NCBI GenBank assembly: GCA_036337035.1
Contig: JAYZFC010000002.1
Location: forward strand, 115,051-179,050
DNA: 64,000 nucleotides
Origin: Pseudomonadota bacterium
GTDB lineage: Bacteria; Pseudomonadota; Gammaproteobacteria; Steroidobacterales; Rariloculaceae
Direction of reading: 5' to 3'
A program made the position numbers and the translations under genes. The notes under the pieces were generated by a model, which was not told the origin of the DNA, made no database searches, and was given only the letters and a program-made list of their open reading frames with translations. Position 1 is the stretch's first letter, and the number at the start of each line of letters is the position of its first letter. Shown piece after piece: positions 1 through 9,802 of this stretch.

Positions 1-2
1 CT

Positions 3-458
3 GAAGGAAAGAAAATTATCAATAAAATGTCTCTTGATGATTGGCAATCAGTTATTAATGTAAACCTAACTGGAGTCTTTTTATGTGGTAGAGAGGCAGC
101 CCAACATATGATAAAGACAGGATCAAATGGCTGCATTATAAATATATCAAGCATTTCTAGAAGGGGAAACTTTGGGCAAACTAATTATTCAGCAGCTAAA
201 GCCGGAGTAGCTGCTCTTACTAAAGTTTGGGCCAAAGAGTTAGCTAAATATAATATTAGGACTAATGCAATAGCTCCTGGACTTGTGAATACAGAAATGG
301 TTAAAAACATGAGACCTGAAATATTAGAAAAAGGAATTAAGAAAGTTCCACTTAGAAGATTATGCAACCCTGAAGAGATTGCTCATACATCAATCTATAT
401 TGCAGAAAATGACTACTTAAATGGTGCCATAATAGAAGTAGATGGAGGCCCAAGATAA
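3..458 (+). CDS. Short-chain dehydrogenase/reductase, FabG-like (5'-truncated by window)
   Basis: NISS and YSAAKAG (YxxxK) motifs, NAIAPG, C-terminal VDGG; frame is open upstream to the window edge and the Rossmann N-terminus is missing. Confidence 0.85.
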   Translation, partial: EGKKIINKMSLDDWQSVINVNLTGVFLCGREAAQHMIKTGSNGCIINISSISRRGNFGQTNYSAAKAGVAALTKVWAKELAKYNIRTNAIAPGLVNTEMVKNMRPEILEKGIKKVPLRRLCNPEEIAHTSIYIAENDYLNGAIIEVDGGPR

Positions 459-463
459 GAAAT

Positions 464-493
464 GGCCGGCCCATGAAAAAAAATGAGCCGACC
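464..493 (-). terminator. Probable intrinsic terminator of the TorF porin gene
   Basis: Minus strand GGTCGGCTCAT-loop-ATGGGCCGGCC forms an 11-bp stem with 2 GU pairs, followed by ATTTCTT; lies between convergent genes. Confidence 0.6.
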
Positions 494-559
494 AAATACA
501 CCAAACAGTAGGGGAAAAATTACTGTAGGTGTTGGAAAAAAATCAGCTGCCTACTCTCT

Positions 560-1225
560 TTATAAACCAAAACCATAACTAACGCCAAAAACAAGCTGAT
601 TAGAAGGTGTAGTTAATATATTGCTATTATTAATATGAGTGGCCGTAGCGTTATCTTGCGTAACACCTAAATTATCACTAGAAATTAAAGCAACTGACAT
701 TCCAACTCCTGAATCAAGCTCAATACCATAACCAATTTCTGTCCAATCTCCACTATTATCTTTACCAAAACTACCTGCTGTTATATATAGACCAACCGGT
801 GTTTCAATCGTCAAAGAAGTAACTGAATATTTGGTTTCAACTGGGGCTTTGTATGTTCCATCAGCATAATCAAGAGTTACAAAACCATAGCCAAAGCTTA
901 GATTAATCTCCTCATATGCATTATCCCAACCGTCACTATAATAATAACCGGTAAAACCCAAGCCATAACTAAAATTATCATAAGAACCTCCAAAACCAGC
1001 ATAAAAATCTGACTCAATACCGTCTCCAACATCAGCCATCCAGGTTCCAACATAAATACCATTTTCTGCTTCATAGTCAACGCCGAAAGAAGCTGAGGAT
1101 TCCTCCTGATAAATTCCTCGGTAAACATAGTCACTAACATACCCGACATTGCCTGAAAGCTCAGCTATTGATATGGTGGGGAGTAGTGCCAGTGAAGTTA
1201 ACACTATTTTATTATAAAATTTCAT
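560..1225 (-). CDS. TorF family putative porin (TIGR02001-like)
   Basis: Signal peptide; SGNVGYVSDYVYRG N-terminal motif; GIYVGTW; E.D.YAG; alternating aromatic beta strands; C-terminal VFGVSYGF. Confidence 0.8.
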   Translation of the reverse strand: MKFYNKIVLTSLALLPTISIAELSGNVGYVSDYVYRGIYQEESSASFGVDYEAENGIYVGTWMADVGDGIESDFYAGFGGSYDNFSYGLGFTGYYYSDGWDNAYEEINLSFGYGFVTLDYADGTYKAPVETKYSVTSLTIETPVGLYITAGSFGKDNSGDWTEIGYGIELDSGVGMSVALISSDNLGVTQDNATATHINNSNILTTPSNQLVFGVSYGFGL

Positions 1226-1263
1226 TTTAGCTCCTTAAAAATAAATATAAATAATTTATATAA

Positions 1264-1279
1264 TGCAGGATCTATGCCA
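1264..1279 (-). promoter_or_regulatory. Sigma54 (-24/-12) promoter of the TorF porin gene
   Basis: Minus strand TGGCATAGATCCTGCA is GG-N10-GC with a TGGCA...TGCA consensus, about 40 nt upstream of the ATG. Confidence 0.7.
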
Positions 1280-1343
1280 TTTATTTTTTTTATTTAAAAA
1301 ACAAATATTTAGATTAGTTAAATAAAATCATAAAATGGTATAG

Positions 1344-1381
1344 TGCACTAAAGATTATCCCCTACGCACCAAAAAAGTTAA
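1344..1381. promoter_or_regulatory. Possible tandem NtrC-like enhancer half-sites
   Basis: TGCACTAAA (1344) and CGCACCAAAA (1365), 21 bp apart and 65-100 bp upstream of the sigma54 element; only the left half of TGCAC-N7-GTGCA matches. Confidence 0.4.
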
Positions 1382-1385
1382 AAAA

Positions 1386-2087
1386 ATGAAAAAAAAAGAT
1401 GTAAAACTATTGGCAATAATTATCCTCTTTTCAGCTATTCTAATTTTAGCTAATTATTTCCCTACTAAAGAATGGATTGATCAATTGCTTTTGTGGAGTA
1501 ATGATAATCCCAAGTTTGCCTGGGTTACCTTCTCACTGATCTATTTGATTTCATCATTATTCCTACTTCCAGGAGCTATCATTACTCTTGCAGGGGGTTT
1601 TATTTTTGGTCTTAAACAAGGAGTTATCTTAGCATCAATTGCTAGCACAATTGGCGCAACAGCCTCTTTTGTATTAGGAAGATATCTAATGAAAGAATCA
1701 ATTCAAAATAAACTCAATCTAAAATTTAAATCAATAGATAGGCTAATTTATGAACAAGGATTTCTAATTATATTATTATTAAGATTAACGCCAATTATCC
1801 CCTACAATATTTTGAATTATGTGCTATCAATTTCTAATGTAAATATTAAAAAATTTATCTTAGCTTCTTGGTTAGGAATGTTGCCAATGACTATATTATA
1901 TACATACTTAGGAACTTTAGCTGTGAGTTTAAAGAAAGTTAATAATGTTCTTCTTGATCATCATCATAGTTTAAGTGCAATTTTTCTAATAGGTCTAGTT
2001 ATCACAATCTTATTAGTCTTATATTTAACAACCATTGCTAAAAGAATTATAAAAAAAAGATTAATAAAATGTTCGGAAATTTATTAA
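1386..2087 (+). CDS. TVP38/TMEM64 (VTT/DedA superfamily) membrane protein
   Basis: LPGAIITLAGGFIFG, GATASFVLGRY, LRLTPIIPYNILNY motifs; multiple TM helices. Confidence 0.9.
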   Translation: MKKKDVKLLAIIILFSAILILANYFPTKEWIDQLLLWSNDNPKFAWVTFSLIYLISSLFLLPGAIITLAGGFIFGLKQGVILASIASTIGATASFVLGRYLMKESIQNKLNLKFKSIDRLIYEQGFLIILLLRLTPIIPYNILNYVLSISNVNIKKFILASWLGMLPMTILYTYLGTLAVSLKKVNNVLLDHHHSLSAIFLIGLVITILLVLYLTTIAKRIIKKRLIKCSEIY

Positions 2088-2161
2088 AGCAACAGTATAA
2101 TAAAGGCCTTCTTATATTTAATAATATCAAAATAATAATTTATTGATGGGGAGTATGCATC

Positions 2162-3550
2162 ATGATAGATCTTTTAAAAATTGCTCAAACTGAGGCTGCT
2201 GGTGGAGATCTTTTTTCTGAGCTTCAAAAACTATTTAATGATGCAGATATAAAACCAAATGGATATCCTGACGCAGTTGTTTGGATGGGTGGCAATCATA
2301 ATGATCAAATAAACCCTATTGCCCACTCCCTAACAGATGCATATGCATTGTTAGGCACCATCGCTGCGATTGATATTTTAGGCCTCCCTTATTATGCAGT
2401 TCCAATGTGGTCTCAATATAGACACGATCTAAAACTTAAATCACTTTCTTGGTTTGGTAATATGCCTTGTACATCAATTAAATGGTCTACGGCTGGAGAT
2501 GCTTATGTAATAGATGAAAACGGAAAAAAAGTAGTTGTTATGGGAAAATCAGGCAATGCGCCATTAAGAACTCAAGCTGGAGTCTATTGTAATGTGAGGC
2601 CTTATGGTCCAATTACAGTAGTTAGATGTATGCCCTGCTTGCCTTATTCTCAAGATAGGGCTGTTTTTAATGTTGATAAAAATACTGGAATCATCCACTC
2701 TGAAATGAATACACCAGCACTTCAAATGGCTTATGCGAACCGCCGATTTTTAAAAATGGTCCATGAATCAGGTAAGCTTGGCAGAGTGGCATTTAAACCT
2801 ACACAAGCAATGGAGGACGGTATAAATTCTGGGATTCTTTCTTGGCTACTAGATGGCACAAAATTTAAAATAGGTAGAAAGTATGCTGTCGATGGTTATA
2901 AAGAACACAAAGAGCTTATTGATAGAGTTATTACTCTCCTTCCAGACAACTTCAAAGAAGGTATGGATTCCTGGGAAGGACAAATTGAACAACATATTTC
3001 TGATACAAATTACGGCCTTCTGCTATGGGATTTAATCGAACAAAAAGATGTTATTGTGCTAGCAACTGATTTAGATGGGGATAGATTGACAGACTTATTA
3101 GCTGATGTATCAGATCCTTTAAGAGCATTTGGTCAAAGAATAATTAACCATATTGATAAAAAAAATAGCATTACTTCTGAAACAAAGATGAATTATATAT
3201 GGAATGAAATGGGTTATGTGACTGGAAACGGCAGAGATATGACATCTGTAATGTATAGAATGGAGGGCCCACCAATACACGAACAAACCCTTGGCTCAGC
3301 TGATGCTATGCTACTTAGATTACTTGATGGTGATGAATCTCTAGGAGGAACAAAACAACCATATGATCCTAGAATACATTTTGTATTAATTCGTGACGCA
3401 TATATAGATGCTAATCCAGATAATAAAAAACTTAGGAATTGGCTTGATGATGCTATTAATACATTTGATAATATTTATTCTGGAAATAGACCTAAATTCC
3501 TAGATGGTTATAAAAAATTAAAAGATGCAATTAAGCCTTGGGGAGTATAA
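2162..3550 (+). CDS. Divergent isocitrate/isopropylmalate dehydrogenase-family protein
   Basis: IKWST...KSGNAPLR...NVRP...VVR...PY, FKPT, ISD, DLDGDRLTD and HEQTLGSA match the order of IDH motifs KCAT/KSPNGTIR/KNT/IDD/NYDGDVQSD/EAAHGT; GGGGAG Shine-Dalgarno. Confidence 0.65.
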   Translation: MIDLLKIAQTEAAGGDLFSELQKLFNDADIKPNGYPDAVVWMGGNHNDQINPIAHSLTDAYALLGTIAAIDILGLPYYAVPMWSQYRHDLKLKSLSWFGNMPCTSIKWSTAGDAYVIDENGKKVVVMGKSGNAPLRTQAGVYCNVRPYGPITVVRCMPCLPYSQDRAVFNVDKNTGIIHSEMNTPALQMAYANRRFLKMVHESGKLGRVAFKPTQAMEDGINSGILSWLLDGTKFKIGRKYAVDGYKEHKELIDRVITLLPDNFKEGMDSWEGQIEQHISDTNYGLLLWDLIEQKDVIVLATDLDGDRLTDLLADVSDPLRAFGQRIINHIDKKNSITSETKMNYIWNEMGYVTGNGRDMTSVMYRMEGPPIHEQTLGSADAMLLRLLDGDESLGGTKQPYDPRIHFVLIRDAYIDANPDNKKLRNWLDDAINTFDNIYSGNRPKFLDGYKKLKDAIKPWGV

Positions 3551-3553
3551 TTA

Positions 3554-4807
3554 TCAAGGCCGAATCTGGCCATCCCCTCTAACAATATATTTATAGCTTG
3601 TAAGCTGTTCAGAGCCGACTGGACCTCTTGCATGAATTCTCCCTGTAGCTATTCCTATTTCTGCCCCCATGCCAAATTCACCACCATCAGCAAATTGTGT
3701 AGAAGTATTGTGCATTACAATTGAACTATCCAATTCGGTCAAAAACTTATCAGCAGCAGCTTGATTGCTACTAATAATTGCTTCAGTATGCCCAGATCCA
3801 TATTTTCTAATATATTCTAATGCCTCTTCAATACCATCAACGAGCCTGATAGCAACAACTGCATCTAAAAACTCTTTACCCCAATCAGAATCTTTAGCCT
3901 TATTGGCTCGACTATCTATTGAAACAACTTCTTTGCTGCCCTTTATTTCGCAACCAGCATTAATAAGAATATCTAAAATTGGTGGTAAAAATTCATTAGC
4001 AATTACTCTGTCTATCAACACAGTTTCAGTAGCTCCACATATACCTGTTCGCCTCATCTTAGCATTAAGAATAATCTCTATTGCCATATTAAGATCTGCA
4101 TTCTTATGCACATAAGTATGGCAAATACCCTCAAGATGGCCAATGACTGGAACTCTTGCATCCTCCTGTATACGAGCAATAAGATTTTTACCGCCTCTAG
4201 GAATAATTATATCGATATATTCAGTCATATCTCGAAGAAGAAACCCTACTGCTTCACGGTCTTGAGTTGGGATCATTTGAATCGAGGCGCTAGGTAATCC
4301 AGCTTTTTCTAAACCCTCTATAAGGCAAGAATGAAGTATTCTATTTGAGTTAACTGCCTCAGTTCCACCTCTTAATATTACCGCATTACCACTCTTAAGG
4401 CATAACCCTCCTGCATCTGCTGTGACATTTGGCCTACTTTCATAAATAATTCCTATCACTCCTAATGGTACCTTGACTCTTTGTATCACTAATCCATTTG
4501 GTCTCTCTATCTCATTAATTATCTTACCAATAGGATCATCAAAATCTGATATCTTCTTCAAACTCAAAGCTATTGCTTCAATTCTCTCATAATTAAGTAC
4601 CAATCTATCAATCATTGCTTCAGATAGTTGATTTTTTTCTGCATTCTTAATATCCAAACTATTTGATTTTAATATTTTATCCTTAGATGAAATTATTATG
4701 TCTGCTGAATTTCTTAATGCCTGATTTTTAGAATGAGTTGAAGCCCTACTAAGAATACTACTTGCCTCTTTGGCCATCCTGCCTATTTTTAATATCTCTT
4801 TCTTCAT
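3554..4807 (-). CDS. proA: Gamma-glutamyl phosphate reductase
   Basis: VPLGVIGIIYESRPNVT, CGATET, NTSTQFADGGEFGMGAEIGI, HARGPVG. Confidence 0.97.
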   Translation of the reverse strand: MKKEILKIGRMAKEASSILSRASTHSKNQALRNSADIIISSKDKILKSNSLDIKNAEKNQLSEAMIDRLVLNYERIEAIALSLKKISDFDDPIGKIINEIERPNGLVIQRVKVPLGVIGIIYESRPNVTADAGGLCLKSGNAVILRGGTEAVNSNRILHSCLIEGLEKAGLPSASIQMIPTQDREAVGFLLRDMTEYIDIIIPRGGKNLIARIQEDARVPVIGHLEGICHTYVHKNADLNMAIEIILNAKMRRTGICGATETVLIDRVIANEFLPPILDILINAGCEIKGSKEVVSIDSRANKAKDSDWGKEFLDAVVAIRLVDGIEEALEYIRKYGSGHTEAIISSNQAAADKFLTELDSSIVMHNTSTQFADGGEFGMGAEIGIATGRIHARGPVGSEQLTSYKYIVRGDGQIRP

Positions 4808-4815
4808 AAAATTCC

Positions 4816-5940
4816 CTAAGCTAAAACAAGATCGTTTCTGTGAATCATTTCATTTCCACCTAAATAATCTAGCTTATCCTTAATATCATTAGAGTGACAT
4901 CCCATAATTTTATTTGCATCAATTGAGTCATATGCTATTAGACCACAACCAATATAATTTCCTTTATGATCTTTTATCTTTACTGCATCGCCCTTTCCAA
5001 ATTCTCCCTCTACTCCAATAACACCTACTGGTAAAAGACTACTTCCTAAATCTAAAGCCTTCTTTGCACCAGAATCAATTAAAATAGAGCCTTGTATTTC
5101 TAGACTACCCAAAATCCATTGTTTTCTTGCAGCTTTTGGATCCAAGCTAGGTATAAACCAAGTACCCTTATTACTTTCAATACTTGAAACAATTGGATTA
5201 TTCTCTAATCCTGAAGCAATCAGCATCTTACAGCCAGCTGACATAGCTAATCTTGCGGCATCAAGCTTTGTGATCATACCACCTGAACTATGGCTTGTGC
5301 CTGGTCCGCTAGCCATATCAAAATAATCCTGATTAAGATCATTGACCTCATTAATTAATTTAGCATTATCATTCTTACCAGGATCTGATGTGTATAGACC
5401 ATTGACATCAGATAACAAAATAAGACAGTCAGCACTAATCATTTGGGCTACTCGGGCTGCAAGTCTATCATTATCGCCATATCTTATTTCTTGTGTTGCA
5501 ACAGTATCATTTTCATTAATAACAGGTATAACATCTTTTTTAACTAAGGCATTTAATGTATTAGTTGCATTTAAATACCTTCTCCTATTATTGCTATCAT
5601 CGATGGTTAATAATACTTGAGCAACAACCAAACCCTTATTTGCTAATCTATCTTGATACAAATGGGCAAGTTGAACCTGTCCAATAGCAGCTGCTGCCTG
5701 GCTATCCTCTAGACGAGCTAAAGAGGATAATTTCATCTTATTTGCACCTAAAGCAATAGCACCAGAAGAAACAATAATAACTTCTTTTCCATTTTCTTGT
5801 AAAAATTTTATATCTTCACATAAGCTCTCAAACCAAGAATAGTTAATTTTTCCACTATCCTCATTTACCAATAGAGCAGAACCAATTTTTAAAATAATTC
5901 TTTTTGCTTCCTCTATGTTTTTATTATTTTTTGATATCAT
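4816..5940 (-). CDS. proB: Glutamate 5-kinase with PUA domain
   Basis: LKIGSA, VSSGAIA, NENDTV, GDNDRLAA, GGMITKL; C-terminal PUA domain; adjacent to proA. Confidence 0.97.
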   Translation of the reverse strand: MISKNNKNIEEAKRIILKIGSALLVNEDSGKINYSWFESLCEDIKFLQENGKEVIIVSSGAIALGANKMKLSSLARLEDSQAAAAIGQVQLAHLYQDRLANKGLVVAQVLLTIDDSNNRRRYLNATNTLNALVKKDVIPVINENDTVATQEIRYGDNDRLAARVAQMISADCLILLSDVNGLYTSDPGKNDNAKLINEVNDLNQDYFDMASGPGTSHSSGGMITKLDAARLAMSAGCKMLIASGLENNPIVSSIESNKGTWFIPSLDPKAARKQWILGSLEIQGSILIDSGAKKALDLGSSLLPVGVIGVEGEFGKGDAVKIKDHKGNYIGCGLIAYDSIDANKIMGCHSNDIKDKLDYLGGNEMIHRNDLVLA

Positions 5941-5965
5941 TTTCTAATAATCACAAAAGTAAAAA

Positions 5966-6490
5966 CTAAGAGGAAAAAAACAATATAGGTTTTCCTTTGG
6001 CTACAGCCATGGAGCCACTCCTAATTACTGACAAAACATCAGTTGACTTAGAGAAAAAATTAATAATTTTATCAATATCTTCACTACTGCCAACAATCTG
6101 AAAAGTTAAATAGTCATCTGAATTGTCTATTATCTCAATATCTAACAACATACCTATAGATTCTTTATGATCAGAAACTAATTTTAATAAATTTTCTTCA
6201 TTATGATGTTTGCTAACTAGCTTTATCATAGCAAGCTCTCTCTCTATATATTCTCCATCAGTCATATTAATAATATTTACTACATCAATGAGTTTGCTTA
6301 GCTGCTTAATTATTTGCTCTATAATATCTTCTGAGCCTGAAGTAACAAGAGTTACTCTTGAAACAATAGGGTCATTAGTTGGAGCAACATTCAAACTCTC
6401 TATATTATATCCTCTAGATGAAAACATATTTGAAACACGAGCGAGTGCACCTGCTTCGTTTTGTAGTAAAATTGAAATAATATGTCTCAT
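5966..6490 (-). CDS. ilvH: Acetolactate synthase small (regulatory) subunit
   Basis: MRHIISILLQNEAGALARV..FSSRGYNIESL ACT domain; KQLSKLIDV; ERELAMIK. Confidence 0.93.
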   Translation of the reverse strand: MRHIISILLQNEAGALARVSNMFSSRGYNIESLNVAPTNDPIVSRVTLVTSGSEDIIEQIIKQLSKLIDVVNIINMTDGEYIERELAMIKLVSKHHNEENLLKLVSDHKESIGMLLDIEIIDNSDDYLTFQIVGSSEDIDKIINFFSKSTDVLSVIRSGSMAVAKGKPILFFSS

Positions 6491-6650
6491 AAATTCCCCT
6501 GGAGGCTCAATAAAAAAGTTCCAAATAGTTATGGTGTCTCATAATAATTATTATTGCAATGTGTAATGTTTTGGTCAAAAATCTAAATAAAAGAAGGATT
6601 TTAAATATAAGCATTAGTACAATAATAAATAATTAATTAATATAACTACT

Positions 6651-8492
6651 ATGGAAAATAAAGTTAAGGAAAATATGGTCTCAAAAGGCCTCTCTAACGA
6701 AGAAATGACTGGAGCAGACATAATTGTTCAAGTTATTGCTGATGAAGGCGTAGATACGATTTTTGGCTACAGTGGTGGCGCAATTCTGCCAACTTATGAC
6801 GCTGTATTCCGCTACAATAATCAGTCAAACAATAAACATAAAATGCCCCTAATAGTACCCGCTAATGAGCAAGGAGCTAGTTTTATGGCTTCTGGATACT
6901 CTAGGTCTAGCGGTAATGTAGGGGTAGCAATTGTCACATCAGGCCCAGGAGCTACAAATTGTGTCACTGCAGTGCGTGATTGTATGGCCGACTCTATACC
7001 AATAATAGTTATTTGTGGTCAAGTAGCTACAAATGCGATAGGTACAGATGCATTTCAAGAAGCACCTGTTAGTAGCATTATGGGAGCAGTAGCTAAACAT
7101 GTTTATCTAGTAACAGAACCCGAGCTTCTTGAAGATACTGTTAGATCAGCTTTTGAAATAGCGCGAACTGGAAGGCCAGGACCTGTTGTTATAGATATAC
7201 CTAAAGACATCCAAAACTGGAAAGGTAGGTATAAAGGATTAGGCTTACTTCCTATGCCTGGCTATAAGTCAAGACTAAAAAAAGTTAGCAGTAGTAGTCT
7301 TAACGTAGAAAGCTGTAAAAGTTTTTTTAATCTTTTACAAAATAGTAAGAGGCCGCTGATTTATGCTGGAGGTGGAATAGTAAATAGTAACTCTAGTGAA
7401 GAATTAAGAAAATTTGCTATTGAGCATCAAATACCTGTAGTTACAACTCTAATGGGCATAGGATCATTTGATACAAAGCATACATTAGCAATGCATATGT
7501 TAGGCATGCATGGAACAGCTTATGCAAATTACGCTGTTGATGATTGTGATCTTCTAATAACCTTTGGAGCTAGATTTGATGATAGAGTAGCTGGTGATGC
7601 AAACAAATTTGCACCTAAAGCAAAAAATATAGCTCATTTTGATATTGACCCATCTGAAATACATAAAGTTAAAAAAGCTAACTGGCACTTCACTGGGTCG
7701 CTAAAAAAAGCTATTAATGAATTAAATGCATATAGTAGATCCAATGGATTGGAGTTTAATTTTTCTTCATGGCATAAAGAAATTAAATCATTAAAAGAAA
7801 TATATGCACTGAATTATAATAAAAAAAGCGAATTAATCCAGCCACACTATGTAATAGAGGAAATAAACAAGATTACAAAAGGACAAGCAATTATAACAAC
7901 TGGTGTAGGTCAGCATCAAATGTGGGCTGCACAATATTTTGACTTTTGTGAACCAAGACTATGGTTAACATCTGGAAGTATGGGAACAATGGGATTTGGA
8001 CTACCAGCTGCTATAGGGGCTCAATTTGCATGTCCTGATCGTCTAGTAATAGATCTAGATGGAGATGCAAGTATTAGAATGAATATTGGTGAAATGGAAA
8101 CAGTAACTTCGCATGGTCTCCCAATTAAAGTTATAGTTTTAAATAATTTTGGTGATGGAATGGTAATGCAATGGCAAAGAATGTTTTTTAAAGGGCGCCT
8201 GTCAGGAAGTGACAAATCACTAAGAAAGAAAAATTTTGTACAATCAGCAATTGCCGATGGATTTGAATATGCAAAAACACTTAAAAAAAATAATGATGTT
8301 AAAAAAGTCCTAAAAGAATTTCTTAACTTTAAAGGGCCGGCTTTTTTAGAAGTAATAATTGATCCTAAGGCAGATGTTTATCCAATGGTTCCTCCTGGAT
8401 TATGCTACAAAGATATAGTAACTGGAGAATTTATTCCTAATAGATATAAAGAAAAAGATAAATCTACACCGAACGAATCAGAGATGTTTTAA
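6651..8492 (+). CDS. ilvB: Acetolactate synthase large subunit
   Basis: FGYSGGAILP, TSGPGATN, DAFQE, GMHG, GARFDDRV, GQHQMW, GTMGFGLPAAIGA; TPP motif GDAS...NN. Confidence 0.93.
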   Translation: MENKVKENMVSKGLSNEEMTGADIIVQVIADEGVDTIFGYSGGAILPTYDAVFRYNNQSNNKHKMPLIVPANEQGASFMASGYSRSSGNVGVAIVTSGPGATNCVTAVRDCMADSIPIIVICGQVATNAIGTDAFQEAPVSSIMGAVAKHVYLVTEPELLEDTVRSAFEIARTGRPGPVVIDIPKDIQNWKGRYKGLGLLPMPGYKSRLKKVSSSSLNVESCKSFFNLLQNSKRPLIYAGGGIVNSNSSEELRKFAIEHQIPVVTTLMGIGSFDTKHTLAMHMLGMHGTAYANYAVDDCDLLITFGARFDDRVAGDANKFAPKAKNIAHFDIDPSEIHKVKKANWHFTGSLKKAINELNAYSRSNGLEFNFSSWHKEIKSLKEIYALNYNKKSELIQPHYVIEEINKITKGQAIITTGVGQHQMWAAQYFDFCEPRLWLTSGSMGTMGFGLPAAIGAQFACPDRLVIDLDGDASIRMNIGEMETVTSHGLPIKVIVLNNFGDGMVMQWQRMFFKGRLSGSDKSLRKKNFVQSAIADGFEYAKTLKKNNDVKKVLKEFLNFKGPAFLEVIIDPKADVYPMVPPGLCYKDIVTGEFIPNRYKEKDKSTPNESEMF

Positions 8493-8500
8493 TAAATTAT

Positions 8501-9739
8501 TTAAATATTTTCTAGTACATTTAAGACTGCAGAAGTAAGTTTAGTCAATTCTTTTTTGCTTATAATAAATGGCGGCATAATATAAATTACATTACCAAAT
8601 GGCCTTAGCCAAACCCCCTCCTCTAAAAAACTCTCTCTAACATATCTCAAATCTAGAGGTTTTTTCATTTCTACTACTCCTATTGCACCCTTTACTCTAA
8701 CCTCATAAACAGAATTAAAATTTTCACAATCTCTTAACTCCTCTAATAATTGAGATTCTATTATTCTCACCTGCTCTAATCTTGGTTCTAAATTAAATAA
8801 CTCTAAGGAAGCATTAGCTGCCTGACAAGCTAACGGATTGCCGCAATAGGTTGGGCCATGTGGAAAAGCGTTTGCTACACTTCCTGATAAAAAAGTATTA
8901 TATATATCCTTGGAAGATACTGTAGCAGCAAGAGGAATAGTGCCTCCAGTAAGTGCCTTTGATAATGTAATTATATCTGGAACAACTCCTGCCTGTTCGA
9001 AAGCAAACATACTGCCAGTTCTGCCAAATCCAGTTGCTATTTCATCAAAAATTATAATTAAATCATATTTTTTTACGATTCTGGTTATTTTTCTTAACAT
9101 ATCTGGACTATGAAATTTAAATCCTCCTGCAGCCTGAACAAGAGGCTCTATAATGATACCAATCATTTTTCTATGATTTTTACTTAGCACTTTTTCAAAT
9201 CTATCTAGATCTATCTGATTTTTGGGAAGATCTTCAATCATATGATTAACGAGAATATCTTTATAGATATCTCTAACACCATCTTGTCTATCACAAACAG
9301 ACATTGCAGCTAATGTATCTCCGTGATAACCATTTCTAAATCCTAAAAAAAATTTTTTATTAAAAATACCCTTATTTTTCCAATATTGCGATGCTATTTT
9401 TAAGGCAATTTCTACTGATACTGATCCAGATTCTGAAAAAAATACATAATTTAGATTTTCAGGAAGAAGATTAGAAATTCTATTACTAAGCTCTATAACT
9501 GGATCATGAACTAAACCTCCTAACATAATATGAGGCATCTCATTTAGCTGTTTTTCTACTTTCTCTATAATATATGGATGGTTATATCCATGGCAGGATG
9601 CCCACCAAGAAGAAATACCATCTATAAGGGATCTCCCGTCTCTCAAATGAATATGGCATCCTTCAGTGCCTATAACCTCAAGCTGTTTAGGCAAATTATA
9701 CATCTGAGAATAAGGAAGCCATAAATTAGATAAAGACAT
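8501..9739 (-). CDS. bioA: Adenosylmethionine-8-amino-7-oxononanoate aminotransferase
   Basis: [45 protein letters not shown] lysine in SKALTGG. Confidence 0.95.
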   Translation of the reverse strand: MSLSNLWLPYSQMYNLPKQLEVIGTEGCHIHLRDGRSLIDGISSWWASCHGYNHPYIIEKVEKQLNEMPHIMLGGLVHDPVIELSNRISNLLPENLNYVFFSESGSVSVEIALKIASQYWKNKGIFNKKFFLGFRNGYHGDTLAAMSVCDRQDGVRDIYKDILVNHMIEDLPKNQIDLDRFEKVLSKNHRKMIGIIIEPLVQAAGGFKFHSPDMLRKITRIVKKYDLIIIFDEIATGFGRTGSMFAFEQAGVVPDIITLSKALTGGTIPLAATVSSKDIYNTFLSGSVANAFPHGPTYCGNPLACQAANASLELFNLEPRLEQVRIIESQLLEELRDCENFNSVYEVRVKGAIGVVEMKKPLDLRYVRESFLEEGVWLRPFGNVIYIMPPFIISKKELTKLTSAVLNVLENI

Positions 9740-9802
9740 TGAAAAAAGATCCTATAAATTTCTAACAAAAGCTATACTATCAAATACAAGGAATAAAAAT
9801 AC

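Noticed and set aside
541-560. GAGAGTAGG resemblance to the 3' part of 5S rRNA
   Set aside because: Match of about 9 nt only, with no remaining 5S structure
9740-9802. BirA operator in the bioA divergent spacer
   Set aside because: No TGTAAAC...GTTTACA-like palindrome is visible
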